A program made the position numbers and the translations under genes. A DNA stretch of 53,434 bases from a virus (lineage: Duplodnaviria > Heunggongvirae > Uroviricota > Caudoviricetes): IMG/VR virus record IMGVR_UViG_3300024265_000032; one strand, 5' to 3'. Shown here one piece after another: positions 52,153 through 53,434 of the stretch; the stretch's first letter is position 1; every line of letters starts with the position of its first letter. The notes beneath the pieces were generated by a model that was given only the letters and a program-made list of their open reading frames with translations, was not told the DNA's origin and ran no database searches.

Positions 52153-52475
52153 GTGAAGTAACCTCTCAGAAGTGCATCCCGTTTTTGTCTTAGAGACTTC
52201 TCCAAATCCATAGGAGTATCGTTTACGATACTCGGAGTTGAAACGCCTTTACCCTTGCGCTTCACTATCTTGTAATATTCTCTTGTCCAGTATGACAGAC
52301 AACCATTTGAGTTTTTATGCCACGCACATCCTGGTGGATTATGCTTTGCATTATCTGGGCATTCTACCACCACATACTGACGACCAGTCGAGTATTCCGA
52401 ATGTGTGATTTCGATGGTATCTCCAGGCTGAGCATACTCGGTATTCATGTTGCCTGGATTGGCTTGTCTATTCAT
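52149..52475 (-). CDS. PGDTI/PGCAW protein, type A copy 2
   Basis: YAQPGDTI...PGCAW...SL...RD..LR..F. Confidence 0.65.
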   Translation of the reverse strand: MNRQANPGNMNTEYAQPGDTIEITHSEYSTGRQYVVVECPDNAKHNPPGCAWHKNSNGCLSYWTREYYKIVKRKGKGVSTPSIVNDTPMDLEKSLRQKRDALLRGYFT

Positions 52476-52675
52476 CTCAGACCTTTCAAAGAGATGTCAC
52501 GATCGTGATAAAGACAGCCAAAAGAAACATGACAATCAGACACGTTCTCAACGACGGGTTATACATGGTATTACCTCTCAGATTTTCTGGCACACACGAA
52601 GCGTGAACAGGAGGAAGAAGACGATTGCAGTAGCCACCAACGCGATGTAGATTATTACGCCTCGCAACATCTGTT

Positions 52676-52855
52676 TTACCCTTTTTCAGCCCTGACACGC
52701 ATTGAGAAACTTGCTGGTCTGTCTATATCAAGACGCGAATCAGCACTGGCTGAAGTAATTATCAGTTCGTTTTCGCCGACAGACATCACGATGAGTTGTC
52801 CATTACTTTGTTCAAGCCTTAGTATGTCCCCAGGTTTCACTGTTATCGTCGACAT
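52676..52855 (-). CDS. KPGD-motif protein, type B copy 1 (59 aa, absent from ORF track)
   Basis: GGGAG RBS; MSTITVKPGDILRLEQSNGQLIV... Confidence 0.6.
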   Translation of the reverse strand: MSTITVKPGDILRLEQSNGQLIVMSVGENELIITSASADSRLDIDRPASFSMRVRAEKG

Positions 52856-52866
52856 TTCATTCTCCC

Positions 52867-53196
52867 TTAGAAACCGAAAGCGTGCCTCAAGTTATTGTCT
52901 CTTTGTTTTTTCAGAGAAGCGTCCACGTCTAACTCTAAATCCACACCTACCACGCGATGGACTTTTCCAGCACGCTCCACAACTGTGTAGTTCTTTGGTC
53001 TGAGAAAAAACGCATGTCCGGAACTTGATCTAAACCAAGCACACCCAGGTTCGTCGTCGGCGATGCCTACCTGATCTGCTGGGCGATCAATGACCAACAT
53101 GCGACTAACTTTGCTCGCATTCGTATTCCGAGACACGATCGTATCCCCAGGTTTCGCGTAGGCGATATCGGACATTTGACCCTCCTTCCACACCAC
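52867..53196 (-). CDS. PGDTI/PGCAW protein, type A copy 1 (probable start MSDIA)
   Basis: YAKPGDTI...PGCAW...SL...RD..LR..F. Confidence 0.65.
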   Translation of the reverse strand: MVWKEGQMSDIAYAKPGDTIVSRNTNASKVSRMLVIDRPADQVGIADDEPGCAWFRSSSGHAFFLRPKNYTVVERAGKVHRVVGVDLELDVDASLKKQRDNNLRHAFGF

Positions 53197-53434
53197 ACAG
53201 TACAGCGAGACATCCCCGACAGTAACACACGGTTACGCCTTAGAGGCAATGACTCATGTGCGCCAGGGACATCTCGCCATACTATCGTATTACACGACAG
53301 CATAACGAGCGTTTAATTTTAGCCGTTTCTATGCATTTCGGGCTTACCAATAGGCTCCCGACATGCCAATACGACGCAGGCCACCTCTGCTCGCTCTTTG
53401 ATTGCTCACAACAATGGAGTTATCCCCACCGATT

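Noticed and set aside
549-53303. Numerous plus-strand and alternative-frame ORFs in the ORF track
   Set aside because: They are antisense or overlapping shadows of motif-bearing minus-strand genes, with no RBS or recognisable motifs. Only 31840-32058 is accepted on the plus strand.
1-53434. Alternative genetic code (TAG/TGA reassignment), common in some large phages
   Set aside because: Conserved enzymes are full length under the standard code, TAA, TAG and TGA all end genes, and no suppressor tRNA was seen.

Overview
Gene-dense segment of a large dsDNA bacteriophage (or large phage-like element), with essentially all genes on the minus strand and no virion structural genes recognised. Left part (1-25 kb): replication, recombination and nucleotide metabolism (partial DnaB-like helicase, RecA/UvsX, dCMP deaminase, RNase HI, PD-(D/E)xK nuclease, probable class II RNR, ThyX, IMPDH/GMPR), a sigma factor, a Xer-type recombinase and many proteases (ClpP, two tandem trypsin-like proteases, a BrxL-like AAA protein, peptide deformylase). 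Middle (22-39 kb): a dispersed AAA-ATPase/DUF3150/DUF1257/DUF2997 module and the main find, an apparently complete phage-encoded ubiquitin-like conjugation operon: Ubl ending ...VDG-A, E2-like protein with a 10-unit Cys/Zn array, JAB/JAMM peptidase and ThiF/E1. Right part (39-53 kb): small early-type hypothetical genes with several internal duplications, two near-canonical tRNAs, and a ~640-nt non-coding locus with two aberrant tRNA-like structures, each preceded by a ~90-nt closed-stem RNA. A repeated bipartite promoter-like motif (ACAA-N12-GACGTATAAT) occurs three times. All family assignments come from motif recognition by eye; no database searches were run. A Planctomycetota host is suspected but unverified.
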